From positions 1-64,000 of the IMG/VR virus record IMGVR_UViG_3300049846_002551: DNA of 64,000 bases; one strand, 5' to 3'. Of this stretch, positions 49,097 through 59,278 are shown one piece after another. A program made the position numbers and the translations under genes. Position 1 is the first letter of the stretch. The number at the start of each line of letters is the position of its first letter. Below the pieces are notes generated by a model. That model worked only from the letters and a program-made list of their open reading frames with translations. It made no database searches and was not told the origin of the DNA. This DNA is from a virus.

Positions 49097-52042
49097 ATGC
49101 GCGTTGATTCCACTTCTTTTGACCGAATTTGTACGTTCGGTCTGGTTATGATTGTTAAGAATGGTGCTCATTTACTTTATAGGATTTTAGACCAGATTGC
49201 TCCCTCAGATAAAGATGGCATAGGGTTTGATCAAGTTGTAATTTTGGATACAGGTTCTACGGACGGGACTGTTCAACTTTTAAAAGACAAATACCCTTGG
49301 GTTGAGGTGCATGAAGCGAAGTGGGAGTTTGATTTTTCAATCGCTAGAAATCAAGCATTGAAGTATGTGAATACGGATTTGTGGATGTGGTTAGATGCAG
49401 ATGACACCTTTACTTCTGAGACGCTTAAGCGGTGGTTCGAGATTGCAAAGGAGTTATGGTCTAATCGAACGACACCGGGGCATCCTGTTTACGCTTTAAT
49501 TCCATACATTTATGAGGTGGATAAAAACGATCTTCCTGTCGTGGTTCATTATCGAGAACGAATCATGTTGGGAACTGAAGGGTGGGAATGGCGAGAACCT
49601 TTGCATGAGGTTTGCTATTACAACTTACCTGACGGGCATTTTGTGGCTTATAATGATTGTCCAGTTGTGCATAGGCCCATAGGTACGGACAATGCGAAAG
49701 TTAACGGCGACCGAAACTGGAAAATCATGATGCGAAACTATCTAACCGAAGATAAAAGTGATCGCACTCTCTACTACATGGGACGTATGGCGAATGCGCG
49801 GCACCAATGGGAATTCGCAATTCAAATTTCTCAACAATTACTTTCGCGCTCTCCCGGAGGTTATTACGAATATGAGGCCGCAGTTGCATGCGGAGAAGCT
49901 TATGCTGAGTTGTTCAAGCGGGATGACATTGAGGCGTATAAAGCTAAGGCGATTGAATTTTTAACTATTGCCAAACGGTACGAACCAACGCGCAATGACG
50001 CTCGACAGAAACTTTGTGATTTGTATATCTTTAGTCGAGACACGAAGCTAGCGATCAAGGAGGCTGAAGGTTTGAATGAGGCTATGCCAGCTACGGTTGC
50101 GACTACGCTTCCAGCGTATTATGGGAAGTACAAGTATTCGGTTTTAGCTTTAATCTATTTTAGACTGGTAGGCAATGTTTGGTTGGCTATGGGGAATCAC
50201 TTTAAAGCGTTAGATTGCCCGAAACCTCATGCTTCGTCTTTGCAATTGGATTCTGCGATTCGTGCTTATTTGGATGATCATGACATCGGTGTTATTTACG
50301 CGGATGAAAAGTACGTGAACCAAGCGATGGGTTTGCGAAAGATTTTGTTACAACGTGGGACATTTAAAGAAGTACTTGTGTTTAACGATACACATTGTTT
50401 GTCTTTTGCATCTAAATATTATTTCCACTTTACGGAAAAACTCGATACTCTTTATAAGGAAGATGGGCATCCAAGGCTACGAAAGTTTTTGGTAACACCT
50501 CGTCCATTAGAGGAACACCCACTAGGTTATGAAAGCGTAATTTGCATGCCTGACACTCCAAGTATGCTAGAGGCGTCGCTTGATGAAGCGTTGTCTCCAT
50601 GTACGTTGGTATCTGGTCAATATGAACCTTTATCGGAGATTTTCGAACAAACTATGCGATGTCGGTCTGAGCGGGTATGTATCTCGTTTGTAACCGATTT
50701 AAATGATTGTCTTATGCAATACGAGAAGTCTAATCCTACGCAGTTTGATAGACTTAAATTTGTAGTTAATCGGATAGGAGAATGCTTTGGTATTATCGGT
50801 TGGACAGAGAGTGTAACATCTCTATTTGTTGATGAGTTTGGAATTGTAAGAACTCACGCTTTAGACAATATTGATTTTGTGATAGCCGATGAATCCTTTG
50901 GGTTTGATCTTGACAAACCAGGCGTTAAGATTCGAGTGGAATCTGTTGGGCAACCTAAAAAAGTGATTCATATTGTGGCTCCAGGAATTGAAGATTGGGA
51001 TGGAACTACGCCGCGTAAATGGGGCATAGGGGCTTCAGAGTCTTGTGTGGTTTATTTAGCGGAAGAACTGGTGAAGCGTGGTCATCAAGTTATAGTTTAC
51101 AACACTACGTTTAAATCGCGGATTGTGGCGGGTGTTGGTTATATACACATGGCGCAATATCACGATACCGGGCAACTGTGTGATTTATACATTTCTTCTC
51201 GGATTCCGGAAGCTCTTACAGGTCGCAGAGGAAAAATGCAGGTTCTATGGATGCATGATATTCCAGAATCGTACACTTATCGAATTACAAATGACCAAGT
51301 AATTGATCGATATGTGGCTGTTTCAGAATGGCAATTACAACAAGCTATTAAATGTAATCTTAAAGCTAGCAAATGTGTGCATATTCCAAATGGAATTAAG
51401 CCGTGGAAAAGTTTTGGAAAGAGAAGAAACGATACTCGTGTAATTTGGTCGAGTCAACCAGAACGTGGGTTAGATAATTTACATCGTTTTTGGCAAAAGA
51501 AGCCTGATTTATTTAGCGATGTTTGGGTGATTTATGGGTTTTACAATTTGTTAGTTTACGGAAAAGCGCGTAATAACATGGAACTAACGGAAGAAGCGTT
51601 CTATGATACTTGTCGATACAAGTATGCGCTTCGGCAAATGAAAGCGCGGATAGTGGGAAGGATTCCTCACTATCAAGTTTCCCAGTTGGCGCAAGCGTCA
51701 GGCCGTTGGATTTATCCTTCGGTGTTTCCAGAGACATTTTGTGTGGCGGGATTGGAGATGCTGTATAACGGAGTGCAGTGCTACTATACTAATAATGGCG
51801 CAACTTCAGAAATTTTAGGAAAGGCTGGACTACCTGATGTGGCAGATGGTAGAGAGGTTCGACGAATCAATTTATCACATGCAGTAGATGGTCCGGCGTT
51901 TGAGTTTGATTTGGATGCTAATGATTGGGTTGATATGCTGAGTACGCATTTATTGACTGGAACACGCGAGATAGGGTTTTCTAACACCGATTTTTACTGG
52001 TCACGCATCGCGGACCAATGGGAGGAATTAATCAATGCTTGA
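49097..52042 (+). CDS. multidomain glycosyltransferase (GT2 + TPR + GT-B/GT4-like)
   Basis: MIVKN, DTGSTDGT, DFSIARN, WLDADD, W..PLHE; TPR-like helices; GASE, WMHD, SSQPERGL, YPS.FPETFC...LE. Confidence 0.92.
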   Translation: MRVDSTSFDRICTFGLVMIVKNGAHLLYRILDQIAPSDKDGIGFDQVVILDTGSTDGTVQLLKDKYPWVEVHEAKWEFDFSIARNQALKYVNTDLWMWLDADDTFTSETLKRWFEIAKELWSNRTTPGHPVYALIPYIYEVDKNDLPVVVHYRERIMLGTEGWEWREPLHEVCYYNLPDGHFVAYNDCPVVHRPIGTDNAKVNGDRNWKIMMRNYLTEDKSDRTLYYMGRMANARHQWEFAIQISQQLLSRSPGGYYEYEAAVACGEAYAELFKRDDIEAYKAKAIEFLTIAKRYEPTRNDARQKLCDLYIFSRDTKLAIKEAEGLNEAMPATVATTLPAYYGKYKYSVLALIYFRLVGNVWLAMGNHFKALDCPKPHASSLQLDSAIRAYLDDHDIGVIYADEKYVNQAMGLRKILLQRGTFKEVLVFNDTHCLSFASKYYFHFTEKLDTLYKEDGHPRLRKFLVTPRPLEEHPLGYESVICMPDTPSMLEASLDEALSPCTLVSGQYEPLSEIFEQTMRCRSERVCISFVTDLNDCLMQYEKSNPTQFDRLKFVVNRIGECFGIIGWTESVTSLFVDEFGIVRTHALDNIDFVIADESFGFDLDKPGVKIRVESVGQPKKVIHIVAPGIEDWDGTTPRKWGIGASESCVVYLAEELVKRGHQVIVYNTTFKSRIVAGVGYIHMAQYHDTGQLCDLYISSRIPEALTGRRGKMQVLWMHDIPESYTYRITNDQVIDRYVAVSEWQLQQAIKCNLKASKCVHIPNGIKPWKSFGKRRNDTRVIWSSQPERGLDNLHRFWQKKPDLFSDVWVIYGFYNLLVYGKARNNMELTEEAFYDTCRYKYALRQMKARIVGRIPHYQVSQLAQASGRWIYPSVFPETFCVAGLEMLYNGVQCYYTNNGATSEILGKAGLPDVADGREVRRINLSHAVDGPAFEFDLDANDWVDMLSTHLLTGTREIGFSNTDFYWSRIADQWEELINA

Positions 52043-52826
52043 TGGAGAACAACAAATGGAATGTAAGACACCGGAGGAAGTTTACGCTTCTTGGTTTAAT
52101 CATATTCAAAGTATCCATGCTACGAATCCAAATCGTCATTCCAATCAAGCGAGTTATGACGCAACATTACGGGATAACTATCCTTGGGCTTTTTGGAATT
52201 TAAAACAAAACGACTTGCATTTGGTTTGTCACGATATTGGTTGCGCGTATGGTACGTTGTCTTTGGGGGCTTACACTTTAGGTTACAAAGTTTATGCCGT
52301 CGATATTGTGGATGAGTATGTAAATGCGGAAGCACTCAGTTTTAGAGGTATACCATTTATTCAACACGATATTGAGAGTGGGCCTGTACCTGATGTTCCT
52401 GAAGCAGATGTTGTGTTGTTTACAGAAGTGTTAGAGCACCTAAATAGTAATCCAATTCGTGCTATTTGTAATGTTCGAAATATGATGAAACCAGGTGCGC
52501 TTTTGATTTTATCAACACCTCGTTTTGAAGATAGTCGTCATTATCGTGGTCGCTATCAAGTAGGGCTTGATCCAGTTGAGCGTTGGACCGATATTCCGCT
52601 TAAAAGTTCTGAAGAGTGGATTGATGCTCATACATATCTTTATACCGAAGTAGAATTGCGGCAATTACTTGATCTATGTGGTTTTAAAATTCTACAAACA
52701 GGTAATCCTTGGGGAGGGTTAACGACTGGAATTACAGCGTATAAGACTATCGAAGTGGATACGTTGGTGACTGCTAGAGCGTATCAGTATGTGGAACTTA
52801 TGCAAGAGAAAAGCGTGAAATCGTAA
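52035..52826 (+). CDS. class I SAM-dependent methyltransferase
   Basis: DIGCAYG, AVDI, EVLEHL, KPGALLILSTP. Confidence 0.9.
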   Translation: MLDGEQQMECKTPEEVYASWFNHIQSIHATNPNRHSNQASYDATLRDNYPWAFWNLKQNDLHLVCHDIGCAYGTLSLGAYTLGYKVYAVDIVDEYVNAEALSFRGIPFIQHDIESGPVPDVPEADVVLFTEVLEHLNSNPIRAICNVRNMMKPGALLILSTPRFEDSRHYRGRYQVGLDPVERWTDIPLKSSEEWIDAHTYLYTEVELRQLLDLCGFKILQTGNPWGGLTTGITAYKTIEVDTLVTARAYQYVELMQEKSVKS

Positions 52827-53491
52827 TGGATGTTGTTGTGATCCCTTTTCGCAATGAGGAAAAAAACATTCCACTTACTCTCGAAAATATTCCATCCATC
52901 TATCCAATTATTATGGTAGATGGGGCTGGAGATAAAGCTTCCATTGATAAATCACGCTATGTGGCACAGAGTTCTCATCCGATGGTTGCGATAGTGGAGC
53001 AAGTTGGGGAAGGGTACGGTGGCGCAGTACTAACTGGAATTAAGTTTGCGTTGAAGATGAATGTTAAACCTTCCGATTACATTATTGTGATGGATGTTCA
53101 ATCCCATAATTTTAGAGAAATGTTAGTGGCTTTACATAACTACAAAGGTGAGGCTGATGTGATTGCAGGTAATCGTAAAGTTCAACATAAGTCTATTTTT
53201 CGCAAATGTCTTTCAAAGTTGGCGCGGATATTTTGTTTAAGCCCGATTCACGATTCTTCGAGCGGGTTTAGGGCGTACAAAAAACATGCGGCGCAAAGTA
53301 TTGTAGATCGATATACGGGAAGGCGCATTCCGTCGTATGCATTTAATATGGCGATTGCGCTTCACCCCAAAATTATGGATAAGACTTGGTGCGTTAAAGA
53401 ATTTTCTATGACCTATGTAGGGGGAAAGACAGGTTTAAATTGGAAGGAAATTTGGAAAGTCTTTATTTGGAGAATTGGATGCTATCGATAA
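52826..53491 (+). CDS. glycosyltransferase family 2 (DPM-synthase-like)
   Basis: VVIPFRNEE, MVDG..S.D, GYGGAV..G, DSSSGFRAY. Confidence 0.85.
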   Translation: MDVVVIPFRNEEKNIPLTLENIPSIYPIIMVDGAGDKASIDKSRYVAQSSHPMVAIVEQVGEGYGGAVLTGIKFALKMNVKPSDYIIVMDVQSHNFREMLVALHNYKGEADVIAGNRKVQHKSIFRKCLSKLARIFCLSPIHDSSSGFRAYKKHAAQSIVDRYTGRRIPSYAFNMAIALHPKIMDKTWCVKEFSMTYVGGKTGLNWKEIWKVFIWRIGCYR

Positions 53492-54138
53492 TTATTCCAA
53501 CGAAAGGCCGAAGTGACTCGTTAGTTCGGTGTTTAACGGCGATTATTCATGAGACAGCCACCCCATTTGAAATTATTTTGGTGAACTATGACTATGATGG
53601 GTTGGTTGTGCATGACCTGCCTAATAGTCGAGTTTTGCATTATCCTGGTTGTAGTTACGCTTTCGGGATTAATCGTGGATGTGAAGTGGCAAGCGGCGAT
53701 TATTTTACAGTTCCTGGAATTGCAAACGATATTGAAGTAACGAAGCATTGGGATGTTTCTTTAATTGAGGCTTTGCAGGATCAGCGTGTTGGTATGGCAG
53801 TTCCTGGAGTTCAAGAACGTAGCGTGGTCGACGGTCCGGTTTACGGCGCGTTTATAAGTCCGCCAGCTTTTAATCTGGATTGGAATCAAATGCCGGAATA
53901 CGCAGGGTATGGAGTGGTTAGGCGCGACGTGTTTCAAAATGTGGGGTTGATGGATGAGAATTTTACACCTATCTATTTAGAAGATGTTGATTACGGGTTA
54001 AGGGTACTGACAGCAGGATACACCATTAAACCATGCCGAGAATCATTGATTATTCATCATCACGAACTCGAAGGACGCACTTACGTAAATCAAGCGAATA
54101 AGGAATACTTTTACAAGAAATGGAACATTCAGATTTAG
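53479..54138 (+). CDS. glycosyltransferase family 2
   Basis: SIIIPT, FEIILV, NRG...ASGDY, VGLMDENF...YLEDVDYGLR; likely start ATG 53479. Confidence 0.88.
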   Translation: MLSIIIPTKGRSDSLVRCLTAIIHETATPFEIILVNYDYDGLVVHDLPNSRVLHYPGCSYAFGINRGCEVASGDYFTVPGIANDIEVTKHWDVSLIEALQDQRVGMAVPGVQERSVVDGPVYGAFISPPAFNLDWNQMPEYAGYGVVRRDVFQNVGLMDENFTPIYLEDVDYGLRVLTAGYTIKPCRESLIIHHHELEGRTYVNQANKEYFYKKWNIQI

Positions 54139-54971
54139 CTGTACAGATTAACGCAAATGGCGGTCACAGAGGCGTAAGTGCAATTGTTTTAAACTGGAAT
54201 GAATTGCATGTTGTAAAAGGGACGATTGAATTTTTAAACCAAGAGACTCTTATAGACGAGATTATTCTTGTCGACAACGGTTCACGTGACGGTTCTCCGG
54301 AATATTTCACTCATCTATCCAAGCGTCGAGAATATGTGGAGAGAGTTAGAACTGTTTTGTTGAATAAAAATTATGGGTCGTCTATTGGTAGAAATGTCGG
54401 GTTAGGGTTAGCGAGTAGAGAAAGTATCTTTTTAATTGACGGAGATATCTTGTATGTTCCTGGCACTATTCCGTTTTATCAAAAGATTTTGGATTCGTAT
54501 CCAGAGTGTGGGTGTGTTGGCTATAATGATTATGAACGTGTACAAGCAACTGGAATGAATGGAACTGCAAATTACAAAGAAGCACAAACAGTTATGCAAA
54601 GTACGGTGCAATTGTCGAAGTGGTTTCCAATGGCTTGGACACAGTATGGTTTATTTCGCGGTGATTTGTTACGCAAACTGCAATTTGTAACTGAAGGTTG
54701 TTTTGGAGAGTGTGGTCATGGCTATGAGGACGATTGGTTGTATCATGCGATGGAACAAGAAGGCTACTACTCTATTGCGGTAAATGCCCCACTATACTAT
54801 CATGATGGGCATTACTCGTTACGATTAATGCAAGAAATGAATCTTTCAGATCGTGGAGAGGAACGGGCCAAATTATTTTATGCCAAATGGGGAGAGGGCA
54901 ACGGTTGGCGTGAGCGTATGGGTACGATTCCTTATCAGGAAAAGAGGCCATTTCGTGTATATCCGTCCTAG
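54120..54971 (+). CDS. glycosyltransferase family 2
   Basis: IVLNWN, ILVDNGSRDG, GRNVG, IDGD, GYEDD. Confidence 0.9.
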   Translation: MEHSDLAVQINANGGHRGVSAIVLNWNELHVVKGTIEFLNQETLIDEIILVDNGSRDGSPEYFTHLSKRREYVERVRTVLLNKNYGSSIGRNVGLGLASRESIFLIDGDILYVPGTIPFYQKILDSYPECGCVGYNDYERVQATGMNGTANYKEAQTVMQSTVQLSKWFPMAWTQYGLFRGDLLRKLQFVTEGCFGECGHGYEDDWLYHAMEQEGYYSIAVNAPLYYHDGHYSLRLMQEMNLSDRGEERAKLFYAKWGEGNGWRERMGTIPYQEKRPFRVYPS

Positions 54972-56361
54972 TTATAATCGGGGGGAAATTGTTGGTAATG
55001 TTCCAGCGAAGTTAGAGGCCCTACTCCAAAATGAATTTGTTTGGTATGACATTAACGATTTAACCAATCCTGTTTATTTTTATTCCAATAAGGTGATGTA
55101 CCTTGGGTTGATGTTTCAAGTCGCAGAATTCATAACTGAATATGGTATCGAGTGCACAGTTAATCTCCCTAATTTGGACAAGCTTGATCGATATGATTGG
55201 AAGTTTATTGGCACTTATAGAGCTAAACAAAAAGAGGCTGTGAATGCGCTATACGCTTCACGTTATGGTGCATTAAAGGCTCCGCCTGGGTTTGGTAAAA
55301 CTACAGTTGCATCGGCGTTAATTGCTAGAATTGGTTTGAAAACAGCGATTATTGTACAAGCGGGAGAACCGTTTGATCAGGCTTACAACACGATTCTTAA
55401 GATGACAAACATTAAGCATATAGGTCGAGTGTCTGGAGAATATAAGGATTTAGGAGATGTTACGGTCTACATGATTCAAACGTTGTCAAATGAGATTGCT
55501 GAGAATCCTAAAGGAGAAATTGCTACTGCTTTCGCGCAATCGCAAGTCGTGATTGTTGATGAACACCATCATTCAGCGGCGGATACTTATTTGCTAGCTT
55601 TAAATTTTGTAACTAATCCGCAATTTGTTTTTGGTTTTAGTGCAACCCCAGAAGATAGAGAGGACGGTTTGCAACCTTTTGTAAACGCTTATATAGGTCG
55701 TCCAGTATTTGAGGTTACATATGGTGAGCAGATTGCACACGGGCATCTATGTCCTGTTACGGTTTATGTGATGCGAATGCCGGAAAGAGACTTCGGATAC
55801 TCCAAAAATCGTAGTATTCCCGCGTTTCGGAAGAGGCAGTTATATCAAGAAGTTTATCAAGAGTATGTGGTTGAAAATCGAGAAAGGAATAACGAAGCGT
55901 TGTTTTTTACTCAAGATATGATTGATGAAGGACATTCGGTGGCAATTATTGTTTCGAGAATTCCACACGCTCACGAAATTCATAAGCTGTATCCGCAAGC
56001 TGTGGTTTTAACGAGCAGTACACCTAAAAGCGAAAGACGGGATATTTTAGAAAAACTTCGTTCCAAAGAGATAATGTGCGTGGTAACCACTTTGTTTGAT
56101 GAAGCAACCGATGTTCCTTCGTTGGGTGCTGTTTGCATGCTTGCGGGTGGTAAAACGGAGATACGGTTGCGTCAGCGTATTCGTTCAACGCGAACATTTT
56201 CTGGACCGACAGCTAGAGGCCATTACAACAAAACTCGTGGATACGTATGGTATCCAATAGATCAAGCGGACTTTTTGCAGTCCCATTCTACGAAGTGCTT
56301 GAAAATTTTAAAGTCGATTGTACAGGAACATCCGGAGAACGAATTAGTATGGATACAATAG
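54853..56361 (+). CDS. SF2 DExH helicase (XPB/UvsW-like)
   Basis: PPGFGKT, DEHHH, SATP; true start is probably downstream of the track start. Confidence 0.9.
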   Translation: MERNGPNYFMPNGERATVGVSVWVRFLIRKRGHFVYIRPSYNRGEIVGNVPAKLEALLQNEFVWYDINDLTNPVYFYSNKVMYLGLMFQVAEFITEYGIECTVNLPNLDKLDRYDWKFIGTYRAKQKEAVNALYASRYGALKAPPGFGKTTVASALIARIGLKTAIIVQAGEPFDQAYNTILKMTNIKHIGRVSGEYKDLGDVTVYMIQTLSNEIAENPKGEIATAFAQSQVVIVDEHHHSAADTYLLALNFVTNPQFVFGFSATPEDREDGLQPFVNAYIGRPVFEVTYGEQIAHGHLCPVTVYVMRMPERDFGYSKNRSIPAFRKRQLYQEVYQEYVVENRERNNEALFFTQDMIDEGHSVAIIVSRIPHAHEIHKLYPQAVVLTSSTPKSERRDILEKLRSKEIMCVVTTLFDEATDVPSLGAVCMLAGGKTEIRLRQRIRSTRTFSGPTARGHYNKTRGYVWYPIDQADFLQSHSTKCLKILKSIVQEHPENELVWIQ

Positions 56362-56765
56362 GGTCACCTTTTTGGTTGTATATTCGTTTATTTGCGGATG
56401 CCATGAACATTGATTATTCGTTGTTTAAACGACGGTTCACGGATTTGCACATTAAGGAATTTAATGTTAGGATTAGTAACTGGAAAACCACTAATGGTTG
56501 GAGTAATAAAGAGGTATGTGGTTTAATATATTATTGCTATCTGCATAATCCTTTGGCTTCGGTGGATTTGAAATTGTATGGTCAGGCTGACAATATCGGT
56601 AAGTGTGTGAGTACCTATGCGAAATGGTTAAGAGCCAATCAAGAACGCATAGAAAAAGATGGGTTATTGAAAGCGATTTTTTCTACGAGTCCAAACACTA
56701 CTTATTCTGAATTGAGTCGTGCCATGTCTTTGGATGAAGTGCACGAAATTTATGGCAAACATTGA
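56349..56765 (+). CDS. hypothetical protein (replication module)
   Basis: Likely start ATG 56349; precedes the DnaC-like gene. Confidence 0.6.
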   Translation: MDTIGSPFWLYIRLFADAMNIDYSLFKRRFTDLHIKEFNVRISNWKTTNGWSNKEVCGLIYYCYLHNPLASVDLKLYGQADNIGKCVSTYAKWLRANQERIEKDGLLKAIFSTSPNTTYSELSRAMSLDEVHEIYGKH

Positions 56766-57546
56766 GCCGAATCAGTATATTCAATATGAGAAATGGTGCC
56801 GTAGCGATCATAAAAAATTAACGGCATTAGAGCAAGCGCGTGTTTTGCGTCTTAAAGAATTAGACGCGCTATGCAAAAAGTGTCGAATGTTTCCAGACGA
56901 TCAAATGAAATGTGAGGGAACCAGGCAAGTGTTTCCAGTAAACGCGGAAAAAATTGACCCTAAGTTTTTTCGTTTAGAGATGCAATCTTGTCACAAGCTT
57001 GACGCTAAAGTTGATCATCAAATGTATTTGGAGCGTTTAAAGAGGGCTGGGATTTCAAAGAAGATGGCGACGGAATTACTACGCACTAATTCACCAAGAT
57101 TGTCAACGGAAGTTACAAAGAAAGGTGGGCATCTGTATTTTGATAAAAAGAAACTACATGATTTCACTTATGAAATACTATCGGACGGGTTAGACCTTAA
57201 GATTAAGGAATACATTATTGCTTTAGCGAACTGCGGGTTTCAAGGTGTGTACTTATTCACCGTCAATTTTTATCGTAGTTGGGTGCAAGGGTCTAGCCGG
57301 GTCGAGAACATTAAAACTATTCAAGGTCCTTTAATTGATTGTGATTGGTTAGTGGTTGAAGCCATTGACTATTCAACGGAAGCGACTTATTTCCGCGAAG
57401 CATTGTTTACGATTGTTAGGACGCGAGTCTCACAATTGAAACCTACTACGATTATTCAGACGCGAAATACACCGCAGTTTCAAAGTGAGATGGAAAAGAC
57501 GTTTTTTGCGGAGGTTATGAAGTGGCCCAAAATCAATCTTACGTAA
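56752..57546 (+). CDS. DnaC/IstB-like helicase loader, degenerate
   Basis: N-terminal Cys cluster; DWLVVEAID (Walker B-like) and LFTIVRTR...KPTTI; no recognisable Walker A. Confidence 0.55.
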   Translation: MANIEPNQYIQYEKWCRSDHKKLTALEQARVLRLKELDALCKKCRMFPDDQMKCEGTRQVFPVNAEKIDPKFFRLEMQSCHKLDAKVDHQMYLERLKRAGISKKMATELLRTNSPRLSTEVTKKGGHLYFDKKKLHDFTYEILSDGLDLKIKEYIIALANCGFQGVYLFTVNFYRSWVQGSSRVENIKTIQGPLIDCDWLVVEAIDYSTEATYFREALFTIVRTRVSQLKPTTIIQTRNTPQFQSEMEKTFFAEVMKWPKINLT

Positions 57547-57842
57547 TTACAATTGTGGGTTGTAGTCATTATTCTGAAGGCTGTTCCGCTATGTTAAACG
57601 ATGATGACTGGATGGACGCGCTTACTTTCGAATGGGATGTCCATAATGTACATGATGATACGGCTGTTATTGTAAAATATACAAAACACGTTATCGGTTT
57701 TGTTTCGAGAGCCACAAAAGATTTAGTTTGGAAAGCGGTGAAGGCAAAGCGCATGATTAATATTTTGGGTTTAGTGGAATGTGCTTTTGTGGATAAATCC
57801 CATACGCAACTTAAGTGGTTTTCGGTGGAGGTAAGTGAGTAG
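57522..57842 (+). CDS. HIRAN-like domain protein
   Basis: IVG.SHY, N.HD..AV.V, IGFVSR. Confidence 0.7.
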   Translation: MAQNQSYVITIVGCSHYSEGCSAMLNDDDWMDALTFEWDVHNVHDDTAVIVKYTKHVIGFVSRATKDLVWKAVKAKRMINILGLVECAFVDKSHTQLKWFSVEVSE

Positions 57843-59278
57843 TGGAGCCTATTTACGCTAAGTTTTTAAGCTACGTGATTGATATGAACGGTCAACTTGA
57901 CCCTTTGTATGCACGAAAAATTTTCGCTAACACGGTTCTAACTTCGGAGTTCTTTTACGAGTATGACGCAAAAGCGAACACTTTTACTCCGACTGAAGCT
58001 TCGTTATTGTTTGATTTTTCAAAAGAACAATTTCATCGGTATGATGCTCCTGCAACTGTTGATTCTATTGTTACGGAAGTGATGAAGCGTAGTGAGTTGT
58101 CTACGTTCGATAAAGAGCGAATCAACGAAGCTTTGATTGTTATTTCTCAAGTGGGGGTAGTTCCTAATGATTTTGAATATAGTCTCGATTGCGTAATTGA
58201 AGCTTATACGGCTAATAAGACTATGCAAATTATGCAACGTGGAACCGCGACTTTAAAAAATGATCCACGTGGTGGTGTTGAATATCTAGTTCAATCGTTA
58301 ACACAGGTGCTTGCTTACCAGAGACTAGAGGAAACCGCGATTGAGCGCACGTTGACGCTGAGTACGTTTGCCGAATATCTGAAAGAGGAACTTCAAGAGA
58401 AAGGTTCGATCATGTCGGGTAGCGTGTCGTACCCTTATTTAGATGCGAATAGGATTTTAGGTGGCATGGCTCCTGGAGAGTTAATCGTTATTGCAGGACC
58501 TTCAGGTTCTGGAAAAAGCTTTATAGGGCATGATATTGCTTATTATGCGGCGTTGTCTTGCGGATTGAATACTGTTTGCGCTGATCGTGAAATGCTTCAT
58601 CCTCAAAATGGTTTGAGGTTTTTATCTCGACAGACACAAATACCTTCAAGAAAATTGCGTAATAAACGCAGTCGAACAGATGCGGAAAATCAGCTAATTG
58701 ACGCCGCATTAGAAGAATATGTGAACATTATTTCCGAGCAAGACCCTCTTCTTTTTATTCCACCTAAACTTTGTGCTAACACATATATGATTCGTAGAGA
58801 GATTGATAAGCATTGGGGTACGCGAAAGCCAGATTTGATTATTGCAGATTATCTAACAGAGTTTGAGCCTACTATAAGACGAGAAGGGTGGGAAGAAGTT
58901 CGACAGGTGACGCATGATTTAAAACAACTCGGTTTATATTATGCATGTCCTGTAGTAACGATGGCGCAGATTAATCAGCGGAAAGAAGTGCAGTATCGAA
59001 CGATTAAACATATTTGCGATACATTGTTGATTATTGAAGAGGACGCTGATCAACCCTATGTTCCCCCTAAAGTGGATGAGTTTGTGGGTTCACCTGGTAT
59101 TATCCATTGTACGGTTGATAAAGCGCGGAATGAAGCGCATAACGTCGGTTTCTCTTTGGAAATCGAGTTTGCGACGGCTTCTGTTCAAGCCGCTCCAGAG
59201 TATGGAAGAACTGCTATTGGCAGAGAATTGCAGAAATCTCCATATGATCAGGATGAGGATGCAGACTTACAAGATTAA
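57842..59278 (+). CDS. DnaB-like replicative helicase
   Basis: GELIVIAGPSGSGKS, IIADYL, LK.L....CPVV..AQINQ, KARN. Confidence 0.9.
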   Translation: MEPIYAKFLSYVIDMNGQLDPLYARKIFANTVLTSEFFYEYDAKANTFTPTEASLLFDFSKEQFHRYDAPATVDSIVTEVMKRSELSTFDKERINEALIVISQVGVVPNDFEYSLDCVIEAYTANKTMQIMQRGTATLKNDPRGGVEYLVQSLTQVLAYQRLEETAIERTLTLSTFAEYLKEELQEKGSIMSGSVSYPYLDANRILGGMAPGELIVIAGPSGSGKSFIGHDIAYYAALSCGLNTVCADREMLHPQNGLRFLSRQTQIPSRKLRNKRSRTDAENQLIDAALEEYVNIISEQDPLLFIPPKLCANTYMIRREIDKHWGTRKPDLIIADYLTEFEPTIRREGWEEVRQVTHDLKQLGLYYACPVVTMAQINQRKEVQYRTIKHICDTLLIIEEDADQPYVPPKVDEFVGSPGIIHCTVDKARNEAHNVGFSLEIEFATASVQAAPEYGRTAIGRELQKSPYDQDEDADLQD

